Of a stretch of 64,000 bases of DNA, positions 37,429 to 48,435 are shown one piece after another. The notes below the pieces were generated by a model, which made no database searches, was not told the origin of the DNA, and saw only the letters and a list, made by a program, of their open reading frames with translations. The stretch is from the IMG/VR virus record IMGVR_UViG_2718217859_000011, positions 23,757-87,756 of that record. One strand, 5' to 3'. Source of the DNA: a virus (taxonomy: Duplodnaviria; Heunggongvirae; Uroviricota; Caudoviricetes). The position numbers and the translations under genes were made by a program. Position 1 is the first letter of the stretch. Every line of letters starts with the position of its first letter.

Positions 37429-39393
37429 AAAGTTGGCATGACCCTGACTGCGAAGGACGAAGCCTCGCAGGTTCTGGAAAAGGGACAAAAACAGGTTATC
37501 AAAGCCACCGAAGGTGTAACAAAGGCAACACGGAAGGCAGGCGCAGAGCAGAAGCGTACCGAGCAGGAAAGCATTAACAGCACGAAAAAGGCCGCAAAAG
37601 AGATACAGCGTGCCGCCCGTGCCCGGGAAACGCTCGGTATTCGTGCAGAACGTGAAATCCGGCGTGAAATTTATCAGACAGTTGCCAGCTATAACCGTCT
37701 GGCCCGCGCCGGTTTTGAATCTGCGCAGGAGCAGGAGCGCGCCATGCAGGCCGCCCGGGAAAAAGCCCGGGCACTCAAGCGTGAACTGGATGGCGTCACT
37801 CAGGCTCAGATGAAGATGGCGAAAACACCTGTTATCCCGGAGCCGGGGCGTTTTGCACGTGCGGCAGCATTTGGCGGGAATGCCGTGACAATAGGTGGTG
37901 GTATCGCGGCAGGTGCTGCCATTATGGCGCAGCCGGTCAAAAAGCAGATGAGCTACGAACGCCAGCTGGCAATGATGGCCAATACCGCCTTCAGTGATGG
38001 CGGACTGGAGGGGCGCAAAGCCGGTCTTGAGCAGATGAAAAGCAGCATCCGTAACGCGGTGACCTATGGTGGCGGCACAAAAGAGGATGCAGCCGAAACA
38101 CTGGATGCCCTGCTGAAAGATGGCGGTATTTCATTTGACACAGCCAGCAAGTGGCTGCCTGAACTGATGAAATACGCCACGGCTTCCGGTGCATCAGCGA
38201 CAGACCTGGCTAATGTGATGCTTAAGGGCAAAAAGACTTTTGGATTCAGGGATGAAGATATTTCCACCGTTCTGAATATGGCAATTGCAGCGGGCAAAGA
38301 AGGCAGCTTTGAACTGAGCGACATGGCCCGATGGTTATCTTCGCAACTGGGGTCAGCGTCAGCTGCGGGGATGAAAGGCAAAGATGATTTCGTCAAGATT
38401 CTGGCACTGAATGAAGCTGCTGCCATCACGGCGGGAAGCAGTGATGAGGCCGGAAATAACGTGTTTAACCTGCTGGCTAAACTGACCAGCCACGATATTG
38501 AAACAGCGGCAAAGAGCATTGATTACAACGGTAAAGGAATTGATTTTTCCGGTACGCTGGTTCAGGCGCGCGAGCATGGGCTTGATCCGATAGATGCGCT
38601 GTCCAGCCTGATAGACAAAATCGTTGCCAGCGATAAACGCTTTCAGGAGTTGCAAAAGAAACTGGCCTCCGCCCGGGATAAAGGTGAGCAGACGGCTGTT
38701 TACGATTCGATGGCAAAACTCCTTGAAGGCTTTGGTGTCGGGAAACTGGTTGCAGACCAACAGGCGTTAAAAGCGTTGCTGGCTTACCGTAACAACCCTG
38801 AATACCGCAAGAAGGTTGAAGATGCGGTTAATCAGCAGCGCACCCTGCCGGAAGGTCAGCGCGCGGGTGATGTGGATTTTAACTTCATATCCGGCCTCAA
38901 TGACTTTAAAACCGAACAGGCTAAAAACACGCTTGAATTTTCACAAATGGATGGTGTGAAAAAACTGGCTGATGCATCCGGGACTGTGGCCGATGCCATA
39001 AGCTGGGCGGGTGAAAAATTTCCGGGGCTGACCACAGCAGTGGTGACAGCTACCACAGCCATTAAAGCGATGACAGCAGCGGCCGTCACGTTTGCGGGGC
39101 TGAAACTTATTACCGGTAATCCAGTGTCCGGAGGAGCAGATAAGCCCGATGATACTGGGGATACTGCATCCAAAGTTAAAGATATCAGTGAAGTCGCTTC
39201 CGGCAATCAGGGACGTCTGGGAAAAATAATGGGCGCTGCCGGAAAAATTGCAACCATTTACGCAGGCTATGAGGCCGCAGAAGAACTTTATGGGGCTGTT
39301 GTTGGCGATACCATCAAGAACTTTACAGATAATCATGGTTTGTTTTTTGCAGACGATGGCTCCTTGTTCTTTACCCGTGAAGGAATGCTTAAA
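37414..39393 (+). pseudogene. Tail tape measure gene, 5' part (interrupted by IS66-family insertion)
   Basis: Frame continues in phase at 42093-42361 after removal of the IS and one TSD copy; last 8 codons before the stop at 39418-39420 are IS-encoded. Confidence 0.75.
39386..39393. repeat. Target-site duplication TGCTTAAA (left copy) of the IS66-family element
   Basis: Identical 8 bp at 42093-42100. Confidence 0.7.
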
Positions 39394-39423
39394 GTAAGCG
39401 ACTCGTCAGAACCGTATTGATAT

Positions 39424-40995
39424 TTACTGAGAGCTCAGATCAACTTTCCAGGGCAACAGATCGCGTACCCGGTTTGCCGGCCAGTCCTGGATATGTTCAA
39501 TGACGTAACGCAGCCACTTTTCTGGCTCCACATTGTTCAGACGGCATGTGCCGATCAGCGAGTACAACACCGCCGCATGTTCACCACCGCTGTCGGAACC
39601 CGCGAACATCCAGTTTTTCCGGCCTACGGCCACTCCCCGTAAGGCGTTCTCTGCGATGTTGTTGTCGATTTCCACCCAGCCATTACTGCAGTACACGTTC
39701 AGTGCATCCCACTGTTTCAGCAGGTATGCGAACGCTTTTGCCGTATCTGAGTGACGCGACAGTGTTTTCATCTGTTGCTGTATCCAGTCATACAGTGACT
39801 GCATCAGTGGCGCGGCTCTGGCTTTTCTTGCCGCCAGACGCTGTTCTGCTGAACAGCCCCGGACCTCTGCCTCGATGGCATACAGTTCACCGATACGCTG
39901 CAGGGCTTCCGTGGTGATGTAGGTGGGCGCTCTTGCATGCACATCGTGGATTTTTCTCCGGGCATGAGCCATACACGCGGCTTCCGTTATTCTGCCGGAT
40001 TCGTATAACGCCCGGTAACCACCGTAAGCATCGGCCTGAAGCACACCGCTGTAACCGGCCAGGTGATTTTGTGGATGGATACCTTTCCGGTCCGGACTGT
40101 ACGCGAACCAGACCGCCGGGGGCATCTGTGAACCGGCGTTACGGTCATCACGGACGTAGACCCACAGCCGGGCTGTCCGGGTTTTACCGCTGCCCGGCTC
40201 CTGGACCGGGACGGGGATATCATCAGCATGGACTTTACCGGGCATCAGCACATACTGGCGCAGGACGTCATACAGCGGCTCCAGCAGTTCAGCAACAGCA
40301 CCTGTCCAGCGCCCCAGTGTGGCACGGCTCAGCTCCACTCCCTGACGACGGTATATTTCTGACTGGCGGTATAACGGCAGATGGTCTGCATATTTCCCGG
40401 TGACAACATGGGCCAGAAGCCCCGCTCCGGCATAACTGCGTGCAATGGGTTTTGAAGGTACTGGTGCCTGCACGATATGGTCGCACCGGCAACAGGCCTG
40501 TTTCGGACGTTGTGTTTCGATAACCTTAAAGGCGCTGCTGATAAGCTCCAGTTGCTCTGACACATCACATCCCAGAGAACTGAGTTCACCACCACAGGCA
40601 GGACAGCATTCCTCTTCCGGCCGGATAACCCGGGTTTCACGGGGAAGTGAGGCCGGTAACGGTTTACGGGCTGAAGACTGGCGCAGGGCGGATGGCAGTA
40701 CCGGGTCATATTGCTCACCCAGCGTTTCCGCCATTTCTTCCTGAAGTGCGCTGATTCGCTCCTGTGCTTCCTGTATCTGCCGTTCGGTTTTTGCACGAAG
40801 TTTTTCTGAGCTTTTACCGAACTGCATACGTTGCAGTTTCGCAACCAGCGCCTTCAGCCGGTTGATTTCGGAAGCATAAGCCGCCACCCGCTGTGAGAGC
40901 AGGCGGTTGTATTCAGCCATCTGGCGGATGGTGTCCTGTTGCGTCTGCAACAGTGCCCGCAGGCGGGCGTTCTCATGAGCAAGTGAGGTGTCCAT
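39424..40995 (-). CDS. IS66-family transposase TnpC
   Basis: 523 aa; N-terminal leucine zipper, Cys-rich zinc-finger region (CPACGG...CRCDH) and DDE core. Confidence 0.85.
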   Translation of the reverse strand: MDTSLAHENARLRALLQTQQDTIRQMAEYNRLLSQRVAAYASEINRLKALVAKLQRMQFGKSSEKLRAKTERQIQEAQERISALQEEMAETLGEQYDPVLPSALRQSSARKPLPASLPRETRVIRPEEECCPACGGELSSLGCDVSEQLELISSAFKVIETQRPKQACCRCDHIVQAPVPSKPIARSYAGAGLLAHVVTGKYADHLPLYRQSEIYRRQGVELSRATLGRWTGAVAELLEPLYDVLRQYVLMPGKVHADDIPVPVQEPGSGKTRTARLWVYVRDDRNAGSQMPPAVWFAYSPDRKGIHPQNHLAGYSGVLQADAYGGYRALYESGRITEAACMAHARRKIHDVHARAPTYITTEALQRIGELYAIEAEVRGCSAEQRLAARKARAAPLMQSLYDWIQQQMKTLSRHSDTAKAFAYLLKQWDALNVYCSNGWVEIDNNIAENALRGVAVGRKNWMFAGSDSGGEHAAVLYSLIGTCRLNNVEPEKWLRYVIEHIQDWPANRVRDLLPWKVDLSSQ

Positions 40996-41014
40996 ATCCT
41001 CACTTTACAACGGG

Positions 41015-41362
41015 TTATATGCGGATTCCAGCGCGTTCCGTTCGTTTCGGGTGCTTCCAGTTGATACCTTCAAGAAGCATGGATAACTGAGCCGGAGTAA
41101 GGTGCACCTTGCCGTCACGGGTGACTGGCCAGACGAAGCGGCCCCGCTCCAGGCGTTTGGTGAAGAGGCACAGTCCGTCACTGTCAGCCCACAACACTTT
41201 TATCTGGTCACCCCGGCGTCCGCGGAAGATGAACAGGTGTCCGGAGAACGGGTCATCCTTCAGGACGTTCTGAACTTTTGATGCCAGGCCGTTAAAGCCA
41301 TTTCGCATATCGGTGATACCTGCAACCAGCCAGATACGCGAACCTGCAGGGAGAGATATCAT
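41015..41362 (-). CDS. IS66-family TnpB (Orf2)
   Basis: 115 aa; typical size and sequence of IS66 Orf2. Confidence 0.8.
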   Translation of the reverse strand: MISLPAGSRIWLVAGITDMRNGFNGLASKVQNVLKDDPFSGHLFIFRGRRGDQIKVLWADSDGLCLFTKRLERGRFVWPVTRDGKVHLTPAQLSMLLEGINWKHPKRTERAGIRI

Positions 41363-42039
41363 CAGTGGCTGCTCCCTTTTATTTCGCGGATAAGTGTCTG
41401 TAATAACGCCGGCGTCAGTTTACCTTTAAGCCTGAGAGTTCCGGCCGGCAGAACCAGCTCACAACACAGACTGTCGGACGGTGTATTTATCTGCTCTGGT
41501 TCCTGTGCGGGGGCCGGGATTTTATTATCCGGCTCCGGCGTTAACGTCACGGGAAGCAGTGCCGGCATATTTTTTCCGGAAGGCAGCAGGCCACCTTTCC
41601 GGTATTGATGGCGCCAGTTGAAGAGCAGGTTATCGTTGATTCCGTTTTCCCGGGCGATCTGCGCCACACAGGCTCCGGGCTGCAGTGACTGCTCCACTAA
41701 GGCGATTTTAAACTCATAAGGGAAGTTGGGCCGCCGGGGACGTTTTTTTACCACGGGGGCTTCGGATATAACGGTGCTTTCAGGACGTACGACTGGTACC
41801 GTGGAAAATTGTCCGTAAAGGCAGGCATCAAGTTCCTGCTCCGACATGCCTGCGGGCAAAGGCCACGAAAGGCCAGCTCTCCGAAAGCGCACGAACATAC
41901 TACAAACTGTTGATTTTGGTACACCCAGGCGACGCCCGGCCACAACCCGGGGTAAATGTTCTTCAAAGTGAAGACGTAAAGCTTCAGTGATCCAGGTCCG
42001 GTGTTTCATACGATAGTGTCCATTAAAAATGATGGACAT
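41362..42039 (-). CDS. IS66-family accessory protein TnpA (Orf1)
   Basis: 225-aa ORF with ATGA overlap to tnpB; HTH-like N-terminal region. Confidence 0.55.
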   Translation of the reverse strand: MSIIFNGHYRMKHRTWITEALRLHFEEHLPRVVAGRRLGVPKSTVCSMFVRFRRAGLSWPLPAGMSEQELDACLYGQFSTVPVVRPESTVISEAPVVKKRPRRPNFPYEFKIALVEQSLQPGACVAQIARENGINDNLLFNWRHQYRKGGLLPSGKNMPALLPVTLTPEPDNKIPAPAQEPEQINTPSDSLCCELVLPAGTLRLKGKLTPALLQTLIREIKGSSH

Positions 42040-42092
42040 TATTTTTGTAGAGCCGGAGGAAACAGACCAGACGGTTTAAATGAGCCGGTTAC

Positions 42093-42100
42093 TGCTTAAA
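42093..42100. repeat. Target-site duplication TGCTTAAA (right copy) of the IS66-family element
   Basis: Matches 39386-39393. Confidence 0.7.
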
Positions 42101-42361
42101 CGGGATAATGAGCTGAAAGCCGCAGCTGATGCTCTGCCATCACCGGAGCAGGTGAACAAAGCCGCCGGAAACACAACGCCTGAATCAGCATCAAAGCAAC
42201 CCGGACGCATCACCCAGCCGGAATACCTCACGCACTGGGGACCACCTGCCAGCCCCATTAATTTCACCACACAACTGGTGCTCGATGGTCAGGTCGTGGC
42301 GGAGGCAGTGAACAAATACAACCTTCAGGACGGCAACAGAGGCACGGGAGGAACTTACTGA
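42093..42361 (+). pseudogene. Tail tape measure gene, 3' part
   Basis: In phase with 37414-39393 across the duplicated 8 bp; ends by overlapping the next gene. Confidence 0.7.
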
Positions 42362-43710
42362 TGGGCTGGGCTGAAAACCTGCAAAACGCCTCCTTTCGTG
42401 GCGTGCAGTTTGATGTACTGAACACGGATGAACAAATCAGCCGCGACCATGCGGTCTATGAATACCCGTTTGTTGACGGGGCGGATTTGCACGACCTCGG
42501 ACGCAAGGCGCGACCGTTCCGCATGACGGCGTTCCTGTGGGGGGAGTATTACGAATATAAACTTGAAAAGCTGATCGCCGCCCTGGATAAAGGCGGTGAT
42601 GGTGAGCTGATTCACCCGGTTTACGGCTCCGTACCGTCGGTGATTGTGACCGGCTACAGCATCCGCCATGACGCAGAAAGCCCGGACAGCTGCACCATCG
42701 ACATGAGTTTTCTGGAGAACCGCACCGGCAGCGCGTTGTTCAGCACCCCGTTACCGGAGCTGTTTGCACAGAAGTTATTTGAAGAACTGGATAAGTTACT
42801 GGCACAGTTAAGCGAATTATTTGACGCTGTTACGGCCCCTTTAAAGACCATTAACAGCGTGATTAAAAAAATCCAGACGGTGCGTGCCACGCTGGTGAAT
42901 ACCCTGCTGACATTCAAAAGCGATTTTCTCTCATCCATCGACAATATGATGTCACTGGCCAGCGAACCCGGAAAGTTCATCGGCGGGCTGGCAGAGGTGC
43001 TGGAAATCCACACGTCAGATGTCGGGCACGCGGTGCCGGTGCTGGAGCGTACTGATTCCGCCACCACGACCGGACTGACCGGGGAAGACAGCGTCGCCAG
43101 TTCTGCGACAGTGATGACCTGCTGGAATGAGGTGATGGCAGATATGGATGAGCTGGTCGCACTGCCGGTCGCACTGGTCAGCGGTGATAAAACGCCGTCT
43201 GTGGCACTTCCGCCGGATGCGTCCGTGGAAGACGTGCAGGACGTGAAAGCGGCATATGCGGTTCTGGCAGCCTCAGAGCTGGCCAGCGTGGCGACGGCGA
43301 TACTGTCAGATGAGGCCCAGTCAGAGCAGCTTATACCGGCGGATATCGGGCGACTGGTCGGGGATGTGCGCACCCGCTTACAGGCAGCCATCACGCTGTT
43401 CCGTGAACGCTATGAAGGCGAACGCGAACGGATAACCGAAACCGCATCACCGCTGGGGCTGATGTACCCGGAAATCATTCAGAGCATGAAGAACGTGGCG
43501 GCATCCGTGCAGGATGTCGGCCTGCTGGTTCTGTCTCGCCGCCCACCGCTGACGCAGAAACAGGTGCAGGCGGACAGCTGTCTGCTGTTGCTGGCGTGGC
43601 AGTGGTACGGCGATTACAGCCGTGCGGCAGAGCTGCAACGTCTGAACCCGCAGCTGCGTGACCCGAACAACATAACCGCCGGGATGGTGATTAATGCCTA
43701 TGCAAAATAA
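42361..43710 (+). CDS. DNA circularisation protein (Mu N/gp43-like)
   Basis: 449 aa immediately after the tape measure. Confidence 0.7.
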   Translation: MGWAENLQNASFRGVQFDVLNTDEQISRDHAVYEYPFVDGADLHDLGRKARPFRMTAFLWGEYYEYKLEKLIAALDKGGDGELIHPVYGSVPSVIVTGYSIRHDAESPDSCTIDMSFLENRTGSALFSTPLPELFAQKLFEELDKLLAQLSELFDAVTAPLKTINSVIKKIQTVRATLVNTLLTFKSDFLSSIDNMMSLASEPGKFIGGLAEVLEIHTSDVGHAVPVLERTDSATTTGLTGEDSVASSATVMTCWNEVMADMDELVALPVALVSGDKTPSVALPPDASVEDVQDVKAAYAVLAASELASVATAILSDEAQSEQLIPADIGRLVGDVRTRLQAAITLFRERYEGERERITETASPLGLMYPEIIQSMKNVAASVQDVGLLVLSRRPPLTQKQVQADSCLLLLAWQWYGDYSRAAELQRLNPQLRDPNNITAGMVINAYAK

Positions 43711-44905
43711 CGACGACAAAATCAGCCTGGTCATTGCCGGAAGGTCGCATTCTGACTGGAGCAGTTATCGTATTGACAGCGATTTCCTGAAAGCCGCCGA
43801 CGGCTGGCAGCTTCAGCTGGGACTGCCTGAAAAGGTGTTCCCGGCGGATATCGTCCGGGGTGCGCCGGTCCGTTTGCAGGTGGGAGACGAGACGGTCCTC
43901 AGTGGTCGCGTGGACAGCGTGCGCCGCAGTGTATCCCGTCAGAGCTGCACGCTGACCCTGTCCGGGCGTGATGATGCCGCCATCCTGGTGGACTGTGCCG
44001 CACCGGTGTTCAGCGCCAACCAGCTGACACTGGACGAGGTCATCGACAGGATAGTCAGACCGCTGGGGATACAGCGCATCCGTATTCAGGCGTCCGGTGT
44101 GTCACGTAATGACAAGGTCGTTATAGAGCCGGGGATGCGTGCGTGGGATGCACTGGCTAAAGCTGCCGCCGGTCGCGGCTTATGGCCGTGGTTTGAGCCT
44201 GACGGGACGCTGGTTGTGGGTGGCCCTGACTACACCACCACGCCGGTGGACACGCTGATTATGAAGCTGGACGGCACCGGGAACAACGTGATGGAGCTGG
44301 ACGATACCCGGTCCATTAACGGCTGTTTCTCCGAGCTGACGGTGCTGGCCCAGAGCCACGCCCGCCGCGCAGACAGCAAGAAACAACTGGCCGTGGTGCC
44401 GCTGGATATCTGGAACGAGGACGGCAGCGTGCGCACATTGTCCGGGCAGGACAGCGGTAATACGGACAGTGGCCAGACGGGCATTCATAACATGAAAGCC
44501 GTGGCCACCGACCCCACCGTGGATTATTACCGCCCGCAGATAATCACCCAGGGCGACACCAGTAACATGGAGCAGGTGAACTGGCGCGCCAAAAAAATGA
44601 TGAGTGATGCCCGTCTGTCGGGGCTGGATATCGTCGCACTGGTTGCAGGTCATCGCACGGCGGACGGTGTCCTGTGGCAGCCCGGCCAGCGTGTGCGGAT
44701 TGTCAGCGAACCCCACGGCATCGACGCCATCTTTTTCCTGATGGGGCGTGAGTTCAGCGGAGGCCGGAGCGGGCAGACAACCCGGCTCCGCTTTAAGGAG
44801 GATGGCGTGTGGATACCTGATGCCTTCCCGCGCGAGACGAAACGCCATCACCGCAGGGGCAAAAAGAAAAAAGAGGTCGCCATTGTTAAGGTCTGGGAGA
44901 AATGA
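43694..44905 (+). CDS. Baseplate hub protein (Mu P/gp44-like)
   Basis: 403 aa; synteny. Confidence 0.7.
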   Translation: MPMQNNDDKISLVIAGRSHSDWSSYRIDSDFLKAADGWQLQLGLPEKVFPADIVRGAPVRLQVGDETVLSGRVDSVRRSVSRQSCTLTLSGRDDAAILVDCAAPVFSANQLTLDEVIDRIVRPLGIQRIRIQASGVSRNDKVVIEPGMRAWDALAKAAAGRGLWPWFEPDGTLVVGGPDYTTTPVDTLIMKLDGTGNNVMELDDTRSINGCFSELTVLAQSHARRADSKKQLAVVPLDIWNEDGSVRTLSGQDSGNTDSGQTGIHNMKAVATDPTVDYYRPQIITQGDTSNMEQVNWRAKKMMSDARLSGLDIVALVAGHRTADGVLWQPGQRVRIVSEPHGIDAIFFLMGREFSGGRSGQTTRLRFKEDGVWIPDAFPRETKRHHRRGKKKKEVAIVKVWEK

Positions 44906-45558
44906 TGTGGGACAAGGTTAATCAGCGCATACAGCAGGCACTGGCCGCCGTTCGCCAGGCATTCAGGGTGGTGACCGGTACGGTGGACAGTTCGACCAAA
45001 GTACAGTTGCTTCAGCTGAACGGGCTGGCAGGCGAACAGCTGGACGGTGCGGAGTATTTTCAACATTACGGCCTCACCACATCCCCGCCGCCCGGCTCGA
45101 TGGGTATTGCCGTTCCGCTGAATGGTAATACCTCCCATACCGTCGTCGTGGCCACAGAGCACGGCGCATATCGCCTGACGGAATTGAAACCCGGGGAAGT
45201 GGCCCTGTATACCGACGAAGGCGCGAAAATTGTGCTGAAGCGCGGACGTGTGATTGAAACGGAGTGTGATATTTACCGGGTGAAATGTAATTCGTTTGAA
45301 GTTGAAGCAAAGGACAGCGCTGGTTTTATTACTCCCCAACTTACCGCAAGTGAGCAATTAATTGCTGAAGGGAAAATATCCGGTAATGGGGGTATGGCCA
45401 TTAAAGGCGGCAAAGGAAAATATACTGCCACCTTTGAAGGCAATATCAACCACACAAGCGGTGTGATTACCTCCGTTGACGTCACCATTAATGGCGTTAA
45501 AATCGGAACGCACAAACACCCGACCCCACACGGCATGTCTGACACGCCGGTTAATTAA
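44902..45558 (+). CDS. Baseplate assembly protein (Mu Q/gp45-like)
   Basis: 218 aa; synteny. Confidence 0.6.
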   Translation: MMWDKVNQRIQQALAAVRQAFRVVTGTVDSSTKVQLLQLNGLAGEQLDGAEYFQHYGLTTSPPPGSMGIAVPLNGNTSHTVVVATEHGAYRLTELKPGEVALYTDEGAKIVLKRGRVIETECDIYRVKCNSFEVEAKDSAGFITPQLTASEQLIAEGKISGNGGMAIKGGKGKYTATFEGNINHTSGVITSVDVTINGVKIGTHKHPTPHGMSDTPVN

Positions 45559-45611
45559 GTGCTGAACACCCTCACCTGATTCTGACCTGTCCATGCTGCC
45601 AGACTGGCGGC

Positions 45612-45962
45612 ATGGACCAGACGATTTCACCTGCAACCGGCGACTACGAACGCCGCCGGATTTATACACTCCATAACGCGGTTTATCTGCGACTGGCGAC
45701 ACCGCTTGGCAGTTACTGGGCGGATGCGTCGCTGGGGTCACGCCTGCACGAACTGAAGCGGGAAAAAGACGTTTCCCGTGTTCACAGGCTGGCGGCGCAG
45801 TATGCCAGCCAGGCACTTCAGCCCCTGCTTGATGACGGGCGGGCAAAATCCATTACCGTTGACACGAAAGCGGGCCAGCGAGGCTGGCTGTTGCTGTTAA
45901 TCACCGTCACGGATAACGCGGGCACACCGCAGACGTTTGAACACCCTGTGAGGATTATGTAA
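45612..45962 (+). CDS. Baseplate protein (Mu gp46-like)
   Basis: 116 aa; synteny. Confidence 0.5.
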   Translation: MDQTISPATGDYERRRIYTLHNAVYLRLATPLGSYWADASLGSRLHELKREKDVSRVHRLAAQYASQALQPLLDDGRAKSITVDTKAGQRGWLLLLITVTDNAGTPQTFEHPVRIM

Positions 45963-47041
45963 TGCCGTTTCCTGTTCCGGGCGTTGCTGAAAACACAGAA
46001 CGCCAGCTACGTGATATCGCTAACGCCCTGCCGGGAGAAACCATCGACACCGGCGCTGACAGCGATTACCGCATTCGTGCAAATGCCGTATCCGGCGTGG
46101 CGGACGGACTTTATATGCATCAGGGATGGATCCTCCGTCAGGTGTTTCCTGACACGGCAGACCCTGAATATCTGGAGCTGCACTGCCGTACGCGCAATGT
46201 TTTTCGTAAAAAAGCAACGGCCTCATCCGGTCCGGTAGTGATTACCGGCACACCCGGTAAGACGCTGCCAGCCGGTGCGGAAATTCGTGGTGAAGGTGTC
46301 AGCGTGGCCACCACAGCAGACTGCACCATCGGTGATGAAGGCAGCGCAGAGGTGACGGTAAAAAGCACCGCCACGGGTGTACAGACGAACGCATCCGCAA
46401 CGCAGACGGCAACGCTGGTCAGCCCGCCGGAAGGCATCAACAGCACGGTGACGATTAAATCCCTGACCGGTGGAACGGACAGGGAAAGTGACACCGACCT
46501 GCTGGCGCGTTATCTGGATATCCTGCGCAGGCCGCCCGCTGGCGGTAACAAATATGATTACAAACGCTGGGCGCTGGAAGTGGATGGCGTTACCTCAGCA
46601 TATGTGGAGCCGTTACGTCGTGGGTTGGGGACGGTTGATGTGGCCATTACGTCAGCCAATGACCTCCCTTCGCAGGAACTGATTAATGCCGTGCTGGCAC
46701 ATATTGAGGAAGTCCGCCCGGTCACAGCGAAGGACACAATGGTACTGGCCCCGACGAAAAAAGCCGTTGATTTCGTTGTTCGGGTAAAAACCAGCGGCCT
46801 GACCGTTGAGCAGATAAAACCGCAGATAACTGACGTTATCACGGATTTTATGAACCGGCTGGAGCCGGGGCAGGAATTAATAATTTCACAACTGGAAACC
46901 CAGATTTCATTAATTTCCGGTGTCAGTGACCGGCGAATCATTACGCCAGCAGACAACGTAAAAGCCATTATTAACGCGTCAACGTGGGAATGGCTGCGCC
47001 CGGGAAATATTGATATTCAGTCTTTTCCACGTGAGGGGTGA
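45962..47041 (+). CDS. Baseplate J-like protein (Mu gp47-like)
   Basis: 359 aa; synteny. Confidence 0.65.
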   Translation: MPFPVPGVAENTERQLRDIANALPGETIDTGADSDYRIRANAVSGVADGLYMHQGWILRQVFPDTADPEYLELHCRTRNVFRKKATASSGPVVITGTPGKTLPAGAEIRGEGVSVATTADCTIGDEGSAEVTVKSTATGVQTNASATQTATLVSPPEGINSTVTIKSLTGGTDRESDTDLLARYLDILRRPPAGGNKYDYKRWALEVDGVTSAYVEPLRRGLGTVDVAITSANDLPSQELINAVLAHIEEVRPVTAKDTMVLAPTKKAVDFVVRVKTSGLTVEQIKPQITDVITDFMNRLEPGQELIISQLETQISLISGVSDRRIITPADNVKAIINASTWEWLRPGNIDIQSFPREG

Positions 47042-47045
47042 TTTT

Positions 47046-47618
47046 ATGAATATGGTCGATTTATTTCGCGCCATGCTGCCACCTGTCAGTTATGACCTGA
47101 ACGGGAAATATATTTCCGCAGAACTGACAGCCGAGGCTGACGTCATGGAGGCCGTGAAGGCCTCAGCGGCGCGCGTTCTGGCACAAATCACCCCGTTGCA
47201 GGCATCGATGACGCTGTCCGACTGGGAGCGCGTGTACAGTGTTGTCCCCCGTGAAGAGGCAACACAACAGGAGCGGCGGCAGAACATTCTGGTAAAAATG
47301 GCAGCCACTGGCGGACTGTCAATCCCTTACTTTAAGAGCCTTGCCGCCAGTCTGGGCTATACCATCACCATTACGGAGCCGCGACCGTTCCGGGTGGGGA
47401 TAAACCGCTGCGGCGACCGTCTGCTGATACCGGAAATCCGCTGGGCGTGGCAGGTCAACGTTATCGGGACAAAAACACCGGTCTACCGGTTCAGAACGGG
47501 CGCATCGGCAACCGGCGAACCTCTGACGGCCTTTGGTGAATCCATTTTAGAAAACACGTTTAAAGACCTTAAACCGGCTTTTACAGACTGTTATTTTACG
47601 TATGAGGTGGAGGAATAA
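47046..47618 (+). CDS. Tail protein (Mu gp48-like)
   Basis: 190 aa; ATG at 47046. Confidence 0.55.
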   Translation: MNMVDLFRAMLPPVSYDLNGKYISAELTAEADVMEAVKASAARVLAQITPLQASMTLSDWERVYSVVPREEATQQERRQNILVKMAATGGLSIPYFKSLAASLGYTITITEPRPFRVGINRCGDRLLIPEIRWAWQVNVIGTKTPVYRFRTGASATGEPLTAFGESILENTFKDLKPAFTDCYFTYEVEE

Positions 47619-48421
47619 TGCAGAATTTAATGCCCCCGGTGAATACGCCGGATAAGTTATTTCATGATGGTGACCCGACTCAGGGAATTGAGGGAACCAT
47701 CGTTACTGCTGAATTTATGAATAATCATCAGGCAGCAACGCGTGATTTGCAGCAGGAGGTGATTAACGTCCTTAAAGAGGCTGGCGTCACCCCTGACCCG
47801 GAAAAACAAAACCAGCTGGTTGAGGCGCTGACCTCGTTTATTGGTCAGAAAGTCCCGGATGCATCGCTGACGCAAAAAGGCGTGGTGCAGCTTAACAGTG
47901 CTGTTAATAGTGAATCAGAAACAGAAGCTGCCACACCAAAAGCGGTCAAAATTGCGATAGATAACGCAAACGCCAGACTGGCAAAAGACCGTAACGGCGC
48001 AGACATCCCGAATAAACAGTTGTTTCTGGATAACATCAGCGGTGTGCCAAAAGCACGCAAGGTCAACGGTATGGCCCTGACTTCGGATATCACCATCAGC
48101 AGCATCAGCGGCAACGCCGGAACAGCAACCCGCCTTCAGAACGCCCGCAGAATCAACAATGTGCTGTTTGATGGCTCCAGCGATATCACAATCACCAGTA
48201 CCGATTCTGGTGCTGTGCGTAATTTCCAGTATACCAACGAGGTGTTTCATAATCCCGGCGGTGCTGAAATTACATGGACATTCCGGGCACCTTCCGGCTG
48301 TCAGTTGTCAGGCATTTATGTCCAGGAAACGGGAGATAATACAGCAGACAATATCGGTGGTGTGTATTACAAATCCGCGCAGATTTATATCAATGGCTCA
48401 TGGCGCACCGTATCCGGTTAA
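47618..48421 (+). CDS. Tail fibre protein (set 1)
   Basis: 267 aa; shares an ATPKAVK motif with the second fibre. Confidence 0.6.
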   Translation: MQNLMPPVNTPDKLFHDGDPTQGIEGTIVTAEFMNNHQAATRDLQQEVINVLKEAGVTPDPEKQNQLVEALTSFIGQKVPDASLTQKGVVQLNSAVNSESETEAATPKAVKIAIDNANARLAKDRNGADIPNKQLFLDNISGVPKARKVNGMALTSDITISSISGNAGTATRLQNARRINNVLFDGSSDITITSTDSGAVRNFQYTNEVFHNPGGAEITWTFRAPSGCQLSGIYVQETGDNTADNIGGVYYKSAQIYINGSWRTVSG

Positions 48422-48435
48422 TTAAGGAGAAAATA

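Larger units (their letters stand above)
39394..42092 (-). mobile_element. IS66-family insertion sequence (2699 bp) with tnpA-tnpB-tnpC
   Basis: Imperfect terminal inverted repeats beginning GTAAGCG / GTAACCG; three minus-strand ORFs typical of IS66; 8-bp direct repeat flanks. Confidence 0.8.

Noticed and set aside
42654-43394. 246-aa minus-strand ORF
   Set aside because: Antisense to the Mu N-like gene; Ser/Ala-rich artefact.
44180-44851. 223-aa minus-strand ORF
   Set aside because: Antisense to the baseplate hub gene; no independent signals.
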